Positions 1 through 10,243 are shown, counted from the stretch's first letter. The stretch is DNA of 64,000 bases from an uncultured Christensenellaceae bacterium (GCA_910586905.1 CAJUIV010000001.1:129987-193986); one strand, 5' to 3'. Notes: a model not told the origin generated them from the letters alone. Translations and numbers: made by a program.

Positions 1-1
1 G

Positions 2-1150
2 ATAGGAAATTACGGTTGGACAGTAGTTGTGTTTACCGTCTTTTTAAAAATCATAATGTTGCCGCTTGATTTTTGGCAGCGTTATTCTTCGAGAAAAAGC
101 ACGGCTAAAATGCAAAGACTTCAACCTCTTATCGAAGGGATAGACAAGCGTTACGGCGCAAATACTCAGCGCGCTAACGAAGAAAAGCAAAAATTATACA
201 AAAAGCAAGGTTACTCGATGTTTTCGATGTGCTTGCCTATGCTTGTATCGATGGGTATATTCTTTGTTATGTTCGCAGGACTGCGTAACTACTCCACTTA
301 CAGTACCGTTACGACGTTCAGAGAGCTTTCTACCGCGTATTATCAAGTTTACGCGGAAGAAATCGAGAATAGCGACGGAGAAATTGCGACTATTTTTAAA
401 ACCAAATACGACGCCGTTTATAAAGAAAACTACGATAAACGCGCCGCCGAACTTGCCGAGGGCGAAGAGGTCGACGTCGAAGCGGTAAAACTAATTGCGA
501 GAATTGCCGGAATAAAAGCTATTCCCGCCGATAACGAGAATTACGCGCAAGCGCTTAACGATGCCAATAACGCGGCTAAAAAAGCCGTAGAAAACAGATA
601 TTTGGAAATACGGGAAAGTTGGCTGTGGATTCAAAACGTTTGGCAGCCGGATACTTGGGAAGCGTTGATGCCTCAGTACGACAGCGGCGCAAACAGTTTT
701 ACGCAAACGGTTGATATGTCCGGTTATCCCGACGACTCTAACGGTCGTATTACTTACGATACGATACGTAACGTAGTGTTATCTACCGGCAGCCGCGGAA
801 ACGAAGGCAAATGGAACGGTCTGATGATTTTGCCCATTTTGTCGATAGGCTTGTCGTTCCTGTCGATGTGGATATCGCAGTTTATAGAAAAGAAAAACCG
901 TAAAGGCGAAGTAGTACAAAATCAACAGCAAGCGGCGACAAACAAAACGATGATGATATTGATGCCGTTGATGATGGCGTATTTCGGATTTATATATACG
1001 GGCGCTTTTGCAATATATATGGTGGTAAACTATACTTTAAGTATTGTGTCCACCATCGCTTTGCGTGTTCCCGTTGAAAAGTTAGTTGATAAAAATCTTT
1101 CCAAGGGCGAAAAAAACAATAAATCGTCCAAGGCAAGTTATATGAGGTAG
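2..1150 (+). CDS. yidC: YidC/SpoIIIJ-type membrane protein insertase, 5' end cut by window edge
   Basis: Frame is open from nt 2 (IGNYGWTVVVFTVFLKIIMLPL precedes the GTG listed at 29). KMQRLQP, CLPMLVSMGIFF and WLWIQNVWQPD resemble YidC core motifs. Basic C-terminal tail. jag follows 4 nt later, as in spoIIIJ-jag operons. Confidence 0.85.
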   Translation: MGNYGWTVVVFTVFLKIIMLPLDFWQRYSSRKSTAKMQRLQPLIEGIDKRYGANTQRANEEKQKLYKKQGYSMFSMCLPMLVSMGIFFVMFAGLRNYSTYSTVTTFRELSTAYYQVYAEEIENSDGEIATIFKTKYDAVYKENYDKRAAELAEGEEVDVEAVKLIARIAGIKAIPADNENYAQALNDANNAAKKAVENRYLEIRESWLWIQNVWQPDTWEALMPQYDSGANSFTQTVDMSGYPDDSNGRITYDTIRNVVLSTGSRGNEGKWNGLMILPILSIGLSFLSMWISQFIEKKNRKGEVVQNQQQAATNKTMMILMPLMMAYFGFIYTGAFAIYMVVNYTLSIVSTIALRVPVEKLVDKNLSKGEKNNKSSKASYMR

Positions 1151-1154
1151 TAAG

Positions 1155-1775
1155 ATGAGAAAGTCAAAGAAATCGGACGACGTTTTGAACGTTGTCGACG
1201 AAACGACCGTCAAAGAAACGTCTGAAGTAAGCGAACCCGTTTTAAACGGCGATGCGGAAACGATTAAAGAATTTTTGCAGAACGTATTGGATAAAATGCA
1301 GTTTTCCTGCAAAGTGGAAGAAAAAGAAAGCGGCGAAGTTTTGTCGTTGGAAATAACCGGTGAGGACGCGTCTCACGCTATCGGTTACAGAGGCGAAACC
1401 TTGGACGCATTGCAATATATGTGCAATTTGCTGCTTGGAGGTAAAGAAAGCGGTTTTAAACGCGTTACGTTGGACGCCGAAGATTATCGCGCTAAGCGTG
1501 AAAAAATATTGCAGCGTTTGGCAGGTAACCTTGAACAAAAGGTAAAACGTACGGGGCGTGAAGTAAAACTCGAGCCGATGAATCCGTATGAAAGACGTAT
1601 AATTCATACCTCTTTACAGGGAAGCAAATACGTAACTACCGCAAGCGAAGGGCAAGGAAGCGCGCGGCACGTAGTAATAAGTCCTATCGGCCAAAGCGAT
1701 ATTTTGAACGCGCCGAACGCACCCAGAAAAACGTTGAATTTCGTTTACCGCAGCGAAAAGAAAAGACGCAGATAA
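1155..1775 (+). CDS. jag: Jag/KhpB RNA-binding protein (KH + R3H domains)
   Basis: GYRGETLDALQYM (KH-like) and MNPYERRIIHTSL (R3H) motifs. Conserved position directly after yidC. GAGG about 8 nt upstream of the ATG. Confidence 0.85.
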   Translation: MRKSKKSDDVLNVVDETTVKETSEVSEPVLNGDAETIKEFLQNVLDKMQFSCKVEEKESGEVLSLEITGEDASHAIGYRGETLDALQYMCNLLLGGKESGFKRVTLDAEDYRAKREKILQRLAGNLEQKVKRTGREVKLEPMNPYERRIIHTSLQGSKYVTTASEGQGSARHVVISPIGQSDILNAPNAPRKTLNFVYRSEKKRRR

Positions 1776-1800
1776 AAAAACAAAATTAAAGATTTATGTA

Positions 1801-1840
1801 AAAATGACTGACGATAATTTGCGTCAGTCATTTTATATTG
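1801..1840. terminator. Bidirectional intrinsic terminator after jag
   Basis: AAAATGACTGACG / CGTCAGTCATTTT 13-bp inverted repeat with U-runs on both strands. Confidence 0.75.
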
Positions 1841-1854
1841 CAATAAAATTAACT

Positions 1855-1974
1855 TTAAACTTCGACGGCAATATGCTCATCCTTTTGCTGCTCGGCGTAA
1901 ACGGTCTTGACTGAATCGGCAGATTTTGCCGTTGATTTGCAAACGCTGTTTTTCGCTTGCAGACCGACTGACAT
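1855..1974 (-). CDS. Possible 39-aa small protein (MSVGLQAKNSVCKSTAKSADSVKTVYAEQQKDEHIAVEV)
   Basis: ATG-to-TAA ORF below the ORF-track cutoff, host-like CG-rich codons. Ends just upstream of the bidirectional terminator at 1801-1840. Weak SD only. Confidence 0.3.
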   Translation of the reverse strand: MSVGLQAKNSVCKSTAKSADSVKTVYAEQQKDEHIAVEV

Positions 1975-2088
1975 TCCGCTATATGTATTCGTTTTGATTT
2001 TTAAAAGTCTGTTTGGTTAAAATAGCCGTTCACTCAGAATTTTTAGCGGTAAATGTACCGTTCCTCGTTTATGCGTATAAAGCTGACA

Positions 2089-2580
2089 TTATATTTTGTC
2101 TTTTAGCAAGTCGTAACGTTGCGAGACGGAGCGGACTACTTCATTGTTGGCTATCATGATTTGCAATTCGGCTTTCGATACCCACTTGGCGTTTATCGTT
2201 TCGTTTTTGTCCAATATGAGAGTTTGAACGTCCGCGTCTTTATTGACCAGATAAATATCCATAAAGTAATTTCGCTGTTTATATTCGAGTAAATACGTCA
2301 AATCGTTATCTGTTAAATCAACGCCGATTTCTTCTTTGACTTCCCGTACGGCTGCTTGCGTTGTAGTTTCGCCGGCGAGTACGCCGCCTCCGATAAATTC
2401 CCACAATCCTCCCGCTTTTTTGTTAGGATTACGTAGTGTAATCAACAATTCTCCTTTGGAATTTTTCAACCAGACTTCGCAGCAAACGTAATACTCTCCC
2501 TCTTTGAATTTGTCGCCTCTTAGTATCGTCCTGTTTTGAAATACTCTGTTTTTGTCGTATACGTCCCGATATTCGTCCAT
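2089..2580 (-). CDS. Nudix hydrolase
   Basis: Nudix box GGGVLAGETTTQAAVREVKEEIGV (GX5EX7REUXEEXGU pattern). Confidence 0.85.
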   Translation of the reverse strand: MDEYRDVYDKNRVFQNRTILRGDKFKEGEYYVCCEVWLKNSKGELLITLRNPNKKAGGLWEFIGGGVLAGETTTQAAVREVKEEIGVDLTDNDLTYLLEYKQRNYFMDIYLVNKDADVQTLILDKNETINAKWVSKAELQIMIANNEVVRSVSQRYDLLKDKI

Positions 2581-2617
2581 TATGTTGTCCTTTAAAAACG
2601 ATCTAATTGAAATTTTG

Positions 2618-3298
2618 TTATAACGGTTGTTTGCGCGGTTTGTTTTGATTTCTGGGATATTTCGGCGGGGTACGTTTGATTTTTTTGAATACCAATAAAC
2701 AGCGGTTGCTTCCGTCGGGCAATACGAATCTATGAGTTTTATCCAACGCTAAACCTAAAACGTTGCAAGCGTTTGAAGCGGAATTTAATTCGCTTTCGTC
2801 CGTTTTGTAAGCGATAACCGTTCCGCCTATTTTAACTGTTTGAGCGACGTATTCTAACAGAACCGGAAGCGGCGCAACTGCGCGCGCCGTCGCTACGTCG
2901 TAGCGTTCGCTGTGAGTTTTTGCAAAGTCTTCCGCTCTTTCGTGATAAAATTCAGCGCTTATTTGAAGCTTCTCGCATAGCGTACGCGTAAAGGAAATAC
3001 GTTTTTGTAAACTGTCTACGAGCGTTACGGTTATATCCGGACGTACGATTTTTAATGGTAAAGACGGGAAACCCGCTCCGCTGCCAATGTCGCACACTTT
3101 CGATTTTGGAGCTATGGCTATACTTCCCAACGCGCTGTCGGCAAAGTGTTTAACGTATATTTCGGTCGGTTCCGTAATGGCCGTTAAATTGTATTTTTCG
3201 TTTTCTTCGCGCAAATAATCACAGTACGTTTTAAATTGTGTTTGCATTATCTGCGTAAGGTCTACGTTTATTTGTTCTTTTAAAAATGCTTCTATCAT
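2618..3298 (-). CDS. rsmG: 16S rRNA (guanine527-N7)-methyltransferase RsmG
   Basis: SAM motif DIGSGAGFPSLPLKI and GidB-family length. Start moved to the internal ATG (MIEAFLKEQ) because the TTG at 3325 has no SD. Confidence 0.9.
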   Translation of the reverse strand: MIEAFLKEQINVDLTQIMQTQFKTYCDYLREENEKYNLTAITEPTEIYVKHFADSALGSIAIAPKSKVCDIGSGAGFPSLPLKIVRPDITVTLVDSLQKRISFTRTLCEKLQISAEFYHERAEDFAKTHSERYDVATARAVAPLPVLLEYVAQTVKIGGTVIAYKTDESELNSASNACNVLGLALDKTHRFVLPDGSNRCLLVFKKIKRTPPKYPRNQNKPRKQPL

Positions 3299-3567
3299 CT
3301 TGCGTTTTTCACCATGTATCAACAAATAATTATTTGTGAGTTATTTTGTTTGAAGCGAATATAAGTCTGCGTTTAAACCGTTCCGCAAAACGTTACGAAA
3401 GCGTGAACTCAAAAAAAATTTGTTATTTGTTCGACGCTTATTTCGGGTCTGCGCCTAAATATACTTAATACTGCTTAAAGTATTACTGCATATTGTATTT
3501 TGCGCAAGTAAGGCATTTAAAACTCACAACTTGTACGCTTAGCGTAAAGCTATTATAAAAAACGACT

Positions 3568-5421
3568 TTATTTTAAACCGCGTTGAGCCAAATATACGAT
3601 TAGAATCTGAACGTCCGCCGGAGATACGCCCAAAATCCTGCCTGCTTGTCCGAGATTTGCCGGACGTATTTTGTCGAGCTTTTGACGCGCTTCCAAACGC
3701 AGACCGTCAATAGACAAATAATCGATATCTGCGGGAAGAGATTTGTTTTCCAATTTGTTTGCTTGTTGTATTGCAACTCGTTCCTTTTCGATATAACCGC
3801 GATACTTGCTTTCAACTTCGATTTGATATAGCGCGTCGTCGTCTATGTCCGTTAAGAACCCTAACTTCTGTAAATCTTTAGCGGTAATATTCGCTCGGCG
3901 TAACATTTCGTCGACAGTTAATCCGGCATTGGTAACGGTTTCGTTTTTTTCTTCGAAAAGAGGCGAATATACTTTGGGCGACACCACTTTTGAAAGTTGT
4001 TTTTTTGCAAGTTCGATTTGGCGTACTTTTGCGGAATACTTTTGATATCGTTCTTCCGAAACCAATCCGATTTCATTTCCCAAATCGGTTAGACGCAGGT
4101 CTGCGTTATCTTGCCTTAAAATCAATCGGTATTCGGCGCGGCTGGTCATCATACGGTAAGGCTCGGTTGTTTCTTTTGTGGTTATATCGTCTATCAACAC
4201 TCCGATGTAACTGTTATCTCTACGCAGTGTAAACGGTTTTTTATTATGTACGTAACGCTCGGCGTTTATTCCGGCGATAATGCCTTGTCCCGCAGCCTCT
4301 TCGTAACCGCTTGTCCCGTTTATTTGTCCGGCAAAAAACATGCCGTTAATTTTTTTAGACATAAGGGTCGAATTCAGTTCCGTTGCGTCTATGCAGTCGT
4401 ATTCTATAGCGTATGCGTCGCGCATAATTTCTACGTTCTCAAGTCCATCTATACTGTGGTATATTTGTTCTTGGATTTCTGCGGGCATTGACGACGACGC
4501 GCCTTGAACGTAAAATTCGCACGTGTCTTCGGATTCCGGTTCGAGAAAAATTTGGTGCCGTTCTTTGTCGGCAAATCGTACGACTTTATCTTCTATACTG
4601 GGACAATAACGCGGACCTACGCCGTTTATTTCTCCGTTATAAATAGGCGCAAGTTGCTTGTTTTGTAAAATAATTCGTTTGGTTTCTTCCGAGGAATAAG
4701 TTAAATAACAGCTTCGTTTAGTTGCGGGTATACTTTCGGTGATATACGAAAAAGGTTTAACGTCGTTTTCTCCGCATTGTTCGGTCGTTTTGCTTAAGTC
4801 AATCGAAGTCATACGAACTCTTGCGGGTGTCCCCGTTTTAAACCGTTTAACCGTAAACCCCAAATCCAAAAGACTTTTAGTTAAATATTTGGCGTTTGCA
4901 AAACCGTTCGGTCCGCTTTCTCTTACGCATTTACCTACGATAGTTTTGGAATTTAAGTATACTCCGCAGCAGAGTACTACCGCTTTTGCATTATATCTTA
5001 AATCCACGGCGGTTGTAACGGTAAACGTCCCGTCGGAATCCCAATCGATATTTACGGCTTCGCCTTGGCGCAAATACAAGTTCGGGGTATTTTCAATAGT
5101 TTGCTTCATATGAACGTGATACGCGTTTTTGTCGACTTGGGCGCGCGGGGAATAAACCGCGGGTCCTTTGCCGCGATTTAACATACGCATTTGAAGTAAA
5201 CTTTTATCTGCGTTTACAGCCATTTCGCCGCCGAGCGCGTCGATTTCTTTTACTATTTGACCTTTGGCTGTTCCGCCTATGCTGGGATTGCACGCCAAAA
5301 AAGCAACCGTATCTAAATTGGTTGCCAATAGTAATGTCGAGCAGCCCAACCTTGCCGAGGCTAGAGCAGCTTCGCATCCTGCGTGTCCGGCGCCTATAAC
5401 TATAATGTCAAAGTTTTTCAA
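3568..5421 (-). CDS. mnmG: tRNA uridine 5-carboxymethylaminomethyl modification enzyme MnmG (GidA)
   Basis: N-terminal FAD fold DIIVIGAGHAGCEAA. Full-length GidA-like sequence, 617 aa. Confidence 0.95.
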   Translation of the reverse strand: MKNFDIIVIGAGHAGCEAALASARLGCSTLLLATNLDTVAFLACNPSIGGTAKGQIVKEIDALGGEMAVNADKSLLQMRMLNRGKGPAVYSPRAQVDKNAYHVHMKQTIENTPNLYLRQGEAVNIDWDSDGTFTVTTAVDLRYNAKAVVLCCGVYLNSKTIVGKCVRESGPNGFANAKYLTKSLLDLGFTVKRFKTGTPARVRMTSIDLSKTTEQCGENDVKPFSYITESIPATKRSCYLTYSSEETKRIILQNKQLAPIYNGEINGVGPRYCPSIEDKVVRFADKERHQIFLEPESEDTCEFYVQGASSSMPAEIQEQIYHSIDGLENVEIMRDAYAIEYDCIDATELNSTLMSKKINGMFFAGQINGTSGYEEAAGQGIIAGINAERYVHNKKPFTLRRDNSYIGVLIDDITTKETTEPYRMMTSRAEYRLILRQDNADLRLTDLGNEIGLVSEERYQKYSAKVRQIELAKKQLSKVVSPKVYSPLFEEKNETVTNAGLTVDEMLRRANITAKDLQKLGFLTDIDDDALYQIEVESKYRGYIEKERVAIQQANKLENKSLPADIDYLSIDGLRLEARQKLDKIRPANLGQAGRILGVSPADVQILIVYLAQRGLK

Positions 5422-5876
5422 GTTTATTTTTCCTTATGATAATCTGTCTGTTATGTTGTGTGTTCGATTGTATATAACGGTTTAGATTTGCATTTTTACT
5501 TGTAAATAAGTTTTCACTGTTAGTTGAATACTAACTTAGCGCTTTTTAATTGAAAACTGTTGTTTTAATGTTTTTCTATTTTATTGAACAATCTGCACCC
5601 GTTATGGCGTTTTGCTTTGATAGCGGTTTGCAATTGTACAAGTAAAGCCTTTAAAATTAGTAAGGTGCGCTTTAATTCTGTGTTATTTCATCCGAATTTC
5701 AAATAAAAATACAATAGAAAATGCAGCTTTTGTATTTTGTTCGACAAGGTTATTTTTTTATATTTGAATTCAGCTGAACGATTTTATATTATTATTTCTT
5801 ATTTTACGGCGCATCATGTATGATAAGTTTAGCCTTGCGCCGGTAAATTTTAATTTGCCGTCAGTTAGATTCTGGA

Positions 5877-7175
5877 TTATTTGCCTAAGCAGAATTTGCT
5901 GTAAATTCTATCTATTATTTCCTCTTGAGCGGTAGAACCCGTTATTTGTCCAAGCGTTTCCCAAACAAGTTTTAACGCGCTTGTTACAACGTCCAAAGTA
6001 GAATTATGACAATCGTTTATCGCGGCTTCGGTTTGATTTAAAGCCGATTGCAAACAGGAAAGGTGTCTTTCGTTTGTTATGAGTAAATCGGAGTTTTCTA
6101 TTTCGCCCGCGCTGAACATTTCGTATAACGTTTCTTTGATAATTTCCACGTTGCCCGACTTTGCCGAAACAGCCAGGCTATCTACACAGCACGGTTTGTT
6201 TTTAAATAAATCGCTTTTGTTATAAATTCTGATTTGCGGTCTAATCGTCGGATAAACAGACCTGTCTTGAGGGTCGTCTGTTACGTGCAGTACTACGTCG
6301 GCATTGTCGGCTGCTTTTTGCGCGCGCTTGACTCCCTCCTTTTCTACTATGTCGTTGGTATCTCGTATGCCGGCGGTATCGACGAAATTAAATTTTATAT
6401 CTTTGTAGTTTACGCTTTCTCTCAACGTATCGCGCGTCGTGCCTTGAATATCGGAAACTATCGCCCTATCCGAACCTAAAAGCGCGTTTAATAAACTGGA
6501 TTTCCCTACATTCGGCGAGCCTACTATGGCTACGTCTATCCCGTATTTTGCAACTTTGCCGAGAGTTGCCGTTGATAAAATAGATTTGAGTTCTGCGCGC
6601 ACGTTTTCCAGTTTGGTTTTTACTGTTGCGACCGTCGGAAGTTCCAGTTCTTCTTCGGGATAATCGAGAGCCGCCTCGCAGGAAGATGACAAATCTAGTA
6701 AAACGTCTTGCAGTTCCGCCACTTTTTTGCCCAATTTATTTTCAAGCAAATTTGCTCCGGCTTTTGCTGCCGAAGCGGTTTCGGCATCAATCATTTCGAT
6801 TATTCCTTCGGCGTTTGTTAAATTCTGTTTGCCGTTAATGAACGCCCGTTTACTGAATTCTCCGTTTTGCGCCGGTACCGCACCGTATTTTATACATTGT
6901 TCTATAACGGCTTGACATACCGCGGTTCCTCCGTGGCAGTGAAACTCGACGGTATTTTCTCCCGTATAAGAATGCGGCGCGTTAAAATAAACGCACATTG
7001 CGTGTTCGTCGAACACGGAAGTTTTAAGCGTTCCGACTTTGAGCATATTCGGCTGCGTCGGGAAAGGTTTGAAAAATTTTTTTGCAATGTTAATCGACTC
7101 GTCTCCGCTCATACGCACGACTGCAATGGCCGAACGTCCGCGCGCCGTCGATAACGCGACTATTGTTGTGTTCAT
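5877..7175 (-). CDS. mnmE: tRNA modification GTPase MnmE (TrmE/ThdF)
   Basis: G1 motif GSPNVGKSSLLN, DTAG, NKSD, and the C-terminal C-L-G-K tetrapeptide typical of MnmE. Confidence 0.95.
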   Translation of the reverse strand: MNTTIVALSTARGRSAIAVVRMSGDESINIAKKFFKPFPTQPNMLKVGTLKTSVFDEHAMCVYFNAPHSYTGENTVEFHCHGGTAVCQAVIEQCIKYGAVPAQNGEFSKRAFINGKQNLTNAEGIIEMIDAETASAAKAGANLLENKLGKKVAELQDVLLDLSSSCEAALDYPEEELELPTVATVKTKLENVRAELKSILSTATLGKVAKYGIDVAIVGSPNVGKSSLLNALLGSDRAIVSDIQGTTRDTLRESVNYKDIKFNFVDTAGIRDTNDIVEKEGVKRAQKAADNADVVLHVTDDPQDRSVYPTIRPQIRIYNKSDLFKNKPCCVDSLAVSAKSGNVEIIKETLYEMFSAGEIENSDLLITNERHLSCLQSALNQTEAAINDCHNSTLDVVTSALKLVWETLGQITGSTAQEEIIDRIYSKFCLGK

Positions 7176-7703
7176 AGTACACCCGATAAATTGAGGTTGT
7201 TTTTATTTTAACACTTTGCGATAAAAACGACAAGTTGTTTTAAGCGCCGTTTTGAATTTCGTTTTATACGTAAGATGTTGAGATGTGTTTAAGTAAATCT
7301 ATATTATGTTAGTAATAGTACAAGTTTGTGCGTTTAAGTAATATATTTTGTATTTAATATAACCTAATATGTGTATTTTATATAAATTTTAGATTTGTTT
7401 GAAAATGCGGAGTCGAGACTTGCCGCTTAGAGAATAGTTAGATTTTATATAAAATAATATATATTGTTGTAAAAGTTTTTATTTTATGCTATAATAAAGC
7501 AATCAATCAAGTTTAACTGCGCTTATTTGGTTTTTTGTTACATCGTATCACGTTTCTTGGTGAAAGTTCTAAGCAAACGTTATTCATATACGATATAATG
7601 GAAGTTAACGATAGATTTTTAACGTCGTATAATTGAGGCATAAACATTGACGCCTCGATTGTATATGGCGATGTGTTTTTCATTTTGTCTTTGGAGAATT
7701 GAT

Positions 7704-8471
7704 ATGAGTAAAATTTTCGCTTTTTCCAATCAAAAAGGCGGGGTCGGTAAGACCACGACTGCAATAAATTTGGCTACGGACGTGGCTCGTCTCGGTAAAA
7801 AAGTTTTGCTTTTAGACTTTGACCCGCAAGGCAACGCTACCAGCGGTTTTGGAATCGAAAAAAATCAGCTGGAGTTTACTTGCTACGATATGCTTATGGA
7901 AACTTGTGAAGCCAAACAAATTATTTTGCCAACGATGATAGATAACCTGTCTATCATTCCCAGCAACATCGATTTGGCTGCCGCCGAAGTCGATTTGGTT
8001 AACGTGCCGTCTCGCGAAAGCGCTTTAAAGCGCGCATTGTCCGCCATTCAAAACGATTACGATTATATATTTATCGATTGCCCTCCAAGCTTGGGCTTGA
8101 TAACTTTAAACGCTTTGGTTGCTTGCACCGGAGTTATAATTCCCATACAAAGTGAGTTTTTTGCTTTGGAAGGGTTAAGTCAGTTGATGAACACGATAAA
8201 AATCGTTAAACAACGGTTAAATCCGCAAATTTATATTAACGGCGTCATTTTGACGATGTACGATACGCGTACGACGATGTCGAAACAGGTTACGGCGGAA
8301 ATATATAAGTATTTCGGAGACAAAATTTATACCGTGCCAGTGCCGAGAAATATTAAACTGGTAGAATCTCCGAGTTTCGGAGTGCCGGTTATATTGCACG
8401 CGCCTCATTGCAGCGGCGCTTTGGCTTACGATGCTTTAGCTAAACAATTTTTAAGCAGAGAGGAAAATTAA
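7704..8471 (+). CDS. parA: ParA/Soj chromosome partitioning ATPase
   Basis: Deviant Walker A NQKGGVGKTT. Start set at ATG 7704 (GGAG 9 nt upstream) rather than the track start 7647. Confidence 0.9.
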   Translation: MSKIFAFSNQKGGVGKTTTAINLATDVARLGKKVLLLDFDPQGNATSGFGIEKNQLEFTCYDMLMETCEAKQIILPTMIDNLSIIPSNIDLAAAEVDLVNVPSRESALKRALSAIQNDYDYIFIDCPPSLGLITLNALVACTGVIIPIQSEFFALEGLSQLMNTIKIVKQRLNPQIYINGVILTMYDTRTTMSKQVTAEIYKYFGDKIYTVPVPRNIKLVESPSFGVPVILHAPHCSGALAYDALAKQFLSREEN

Positions 8472-8473
8472 AA

Positions 8474-9400
8474 ATGGCTAACAAAGGATTAGGCAGAGGC
8501 TTTGCCTCTTTGATGGGATTGAACGATATAGACGATTTTACACAGCCGTCGCAAACGGTACCTGCTGAGAATATCGAAACGCCGAACACCAACGACGGAG
8601 TGGTAAATATATCTTTGCTTGATATCGACCCCAATTATGAACAGCCGCGTAAGAATTTTGACGAAGACGCTTTGGCTGAATTGGCGGACAGTATAAAGCT
8701 TCACGGAGTTATTCAGCCTATTGTTGTAACGCCTATAGGTAAGCGTTTTATGATAATAGCCGGTGAACGTCGTTTTCGTGCAAGTAAACTTGCCGGGAAA
8801 CGAGATATACCCGCTATAATTAGACATTATACTTCTCAACAAATCAAAGAAATCAGTTTGATAGAAAATTTGCAGCGCGAAGACTTGTCTCCTATAGAAG
8901 CGGCGCGCGCAATCAGAACTTTGATGACGGAATTTAATATGACGCAGGAAGTTGCCGCCGATAGAATAGGTAAAAGCCGTTCTGCAGTTGCCAATACTTT
9001 GAGACTGCTTACTTTGAGCGACGACGTTATCGCTTTGATAGAGCAAGGAAGATTGTCTGCGGGGCACGCACGTACTTTGGTTGTTATTCCTCGCGACCAG
9101 CAGTACAAGTTGGCTCTTAAGGGGTGCGATAATCAGTTGACCGTTAGAGAAATGGAAAAATTGGTTAGAGAGTTCCTTAATCCTAAACCCGAAAAACAAA
9201 AACCTGTTATGCAGGAAAGCAAAGAGCTTGTGAGTTTGGTAGGAAATATGCAACGCGCGTTCGCGACCAAGGTTTCCGCTTTGGGAAACGGCAACAAAGG
9301 TCGAATTTATATTGATTACTACACTGCCGATGATTTGGATAGAATTTGTAATTTGGTTGAAGATTGGATGAGCGATAAGTTCCGTAAAAACGCTGAATAA
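8474..9400 (+). CDS. parB: ParB/Spo0J partition protein
   Basis: GERRFRA box and an HTH region (QEVAADRIGKSRSAVANTLRLL). Immediately follows parA. Confidence 0.9.
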   Translation: MANKGLGRGFASLMGLNDIDDFTQPSQTVPAENIETPNTNDGVVNISLLDIDPNYEQPRKNFDEDALAELADSIKLHGVIQPIVVTPIGKRFMIIAGERRFRASKLAGKRDIPAIIRHYTSQQIKEISLIENLQREDLSPIEAARAIRTLMTEFNMTQEVAADRIGKSRSAVANTLRLLTLSDDVIALIEQGRLSAGHARTLVVIPRDQQYKLALKGCDNQLTVREMEKLVREFLNPKPEKQKPVMQESKELVSLVGNMQRAFATKVSALGNGNKGRIYIDYYTADDLDRICNLVEDWMSDKFRKNAE

Positions 9401-9409
9401 ATATTTTAG

Positions 9410-9441
9410 AAACGCTTTGATTTTTCAAAGCGTTTTTTTTT
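9410..9441 (+). terminator. Intrinsic terminator after parB
   Basis: AAACGCTTTGA-TTTT-TCAAAGCGTTT hairpin followed by a T-run. Confidence 0.8.
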
Positions 9442-10092
9442 GTTGAAACAGAATTTTTAAAATCGGGATTTTTCTTCTTCGATATAGTTATCAAACAAAA
9501 AATCGCGAATAATTATGTTATAAAAGGTGGCTGAAATAGACGTTTAGACAGAATTTTAGAGTGCTTGTCCGAAAAAATCCGAGCAAATTTAGGCTCATTC
9601 TGCGAGCAAAAAAGAAATAATTCTATAAAATATTCATTTTTATAATAAATAATGAATTACAATTCATTTTTAGACTTAATTTTGATACATTGTATTGTTT
9701 TAAAATATTTTAATAAACGGTTGCTAAGCATTCGTCAATAGCATAAGAAAAGTTGTATTTTGCAGCTTGAACTAATAGAAAAGTCAACCTAGGCTATTTA
9801 TTTTTGACTTCTAAAATTAAGAGAAAATAGCAAACGAACTAATTTACTTACTTACTGCTGCTTTGTGTTGAATTACATTTGATGTATTAATCGTTGAAGT
9901 AAAGTAATTTTGAGACGTTTGTAAAGTACGCTTGAAATTGATTTATATAAAAAATTTGAGCAGAACAACTGATTAGTTTTGTGTGGTCTAATCAAAATTA
10001 TTTATTGATTTCCTTTTAATACAATCGCGTTATTTTTATTCTTTCATTGGGCCGAGTATAAAAAGAATAGTATCAATACTCTGCTTTGACAA

Positions 10093-10108
10093 TGTTTCAT
10101 ATGAAACG
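10093..10108. promoter_or_regulatory. Degenerate parS-like site TGTTTCATATGAAACG
   Basis: 13/16 match to the B. subtilis parS consensus TGTTNCACGTGAAACA. The palindrome is retained with a CATATG core. Confidence 0.4.
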
Positions 10109-10165
10109 GAAGCATTGCTCTGTGCGTTTTTGTAGGCATAATTTGATTGTTTTGTTTGATTAACT

Positions 10166-10181
10166 TGTTCCACGTGAAACA
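10166..10181. promoter_or_regulatory. parS site TGTTCCACGTGAAACA
   Basis: 16/16 match to TGTTNCACGTGAAACA. Confidence 0.8.
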
Positions 10182-10243
10182 TTGGATTCGTTGATATGAA
10201 GCTTGATAGAAGCTCAAAACTAGGCTTGAGGAACGCATTAAAT

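Noticed and set aside
7176-7703. 528-bp very AT-rich divergent intergenic region between mnmE and parA, considered as a possible oriC.
   Set aside because: I found no TTATCCACA/TGTGGATAA-type DnaA boxes, even allowing one mismatch, and no dnaA gene nearby. It more likely holds just divergent promoters. A full-contig GC-skew analysis would be needed to settle the question.
8489-9253. 254-aa ORF fully antisense to parB.
   Set aside because: It is a shadow ORF. parB on the plus strand has unambiguous family motifs. The antisense product is low-complexity (R/F/S/Q-rich) with no start context. Long antisense frames are expected opposite genes with this codon bias.
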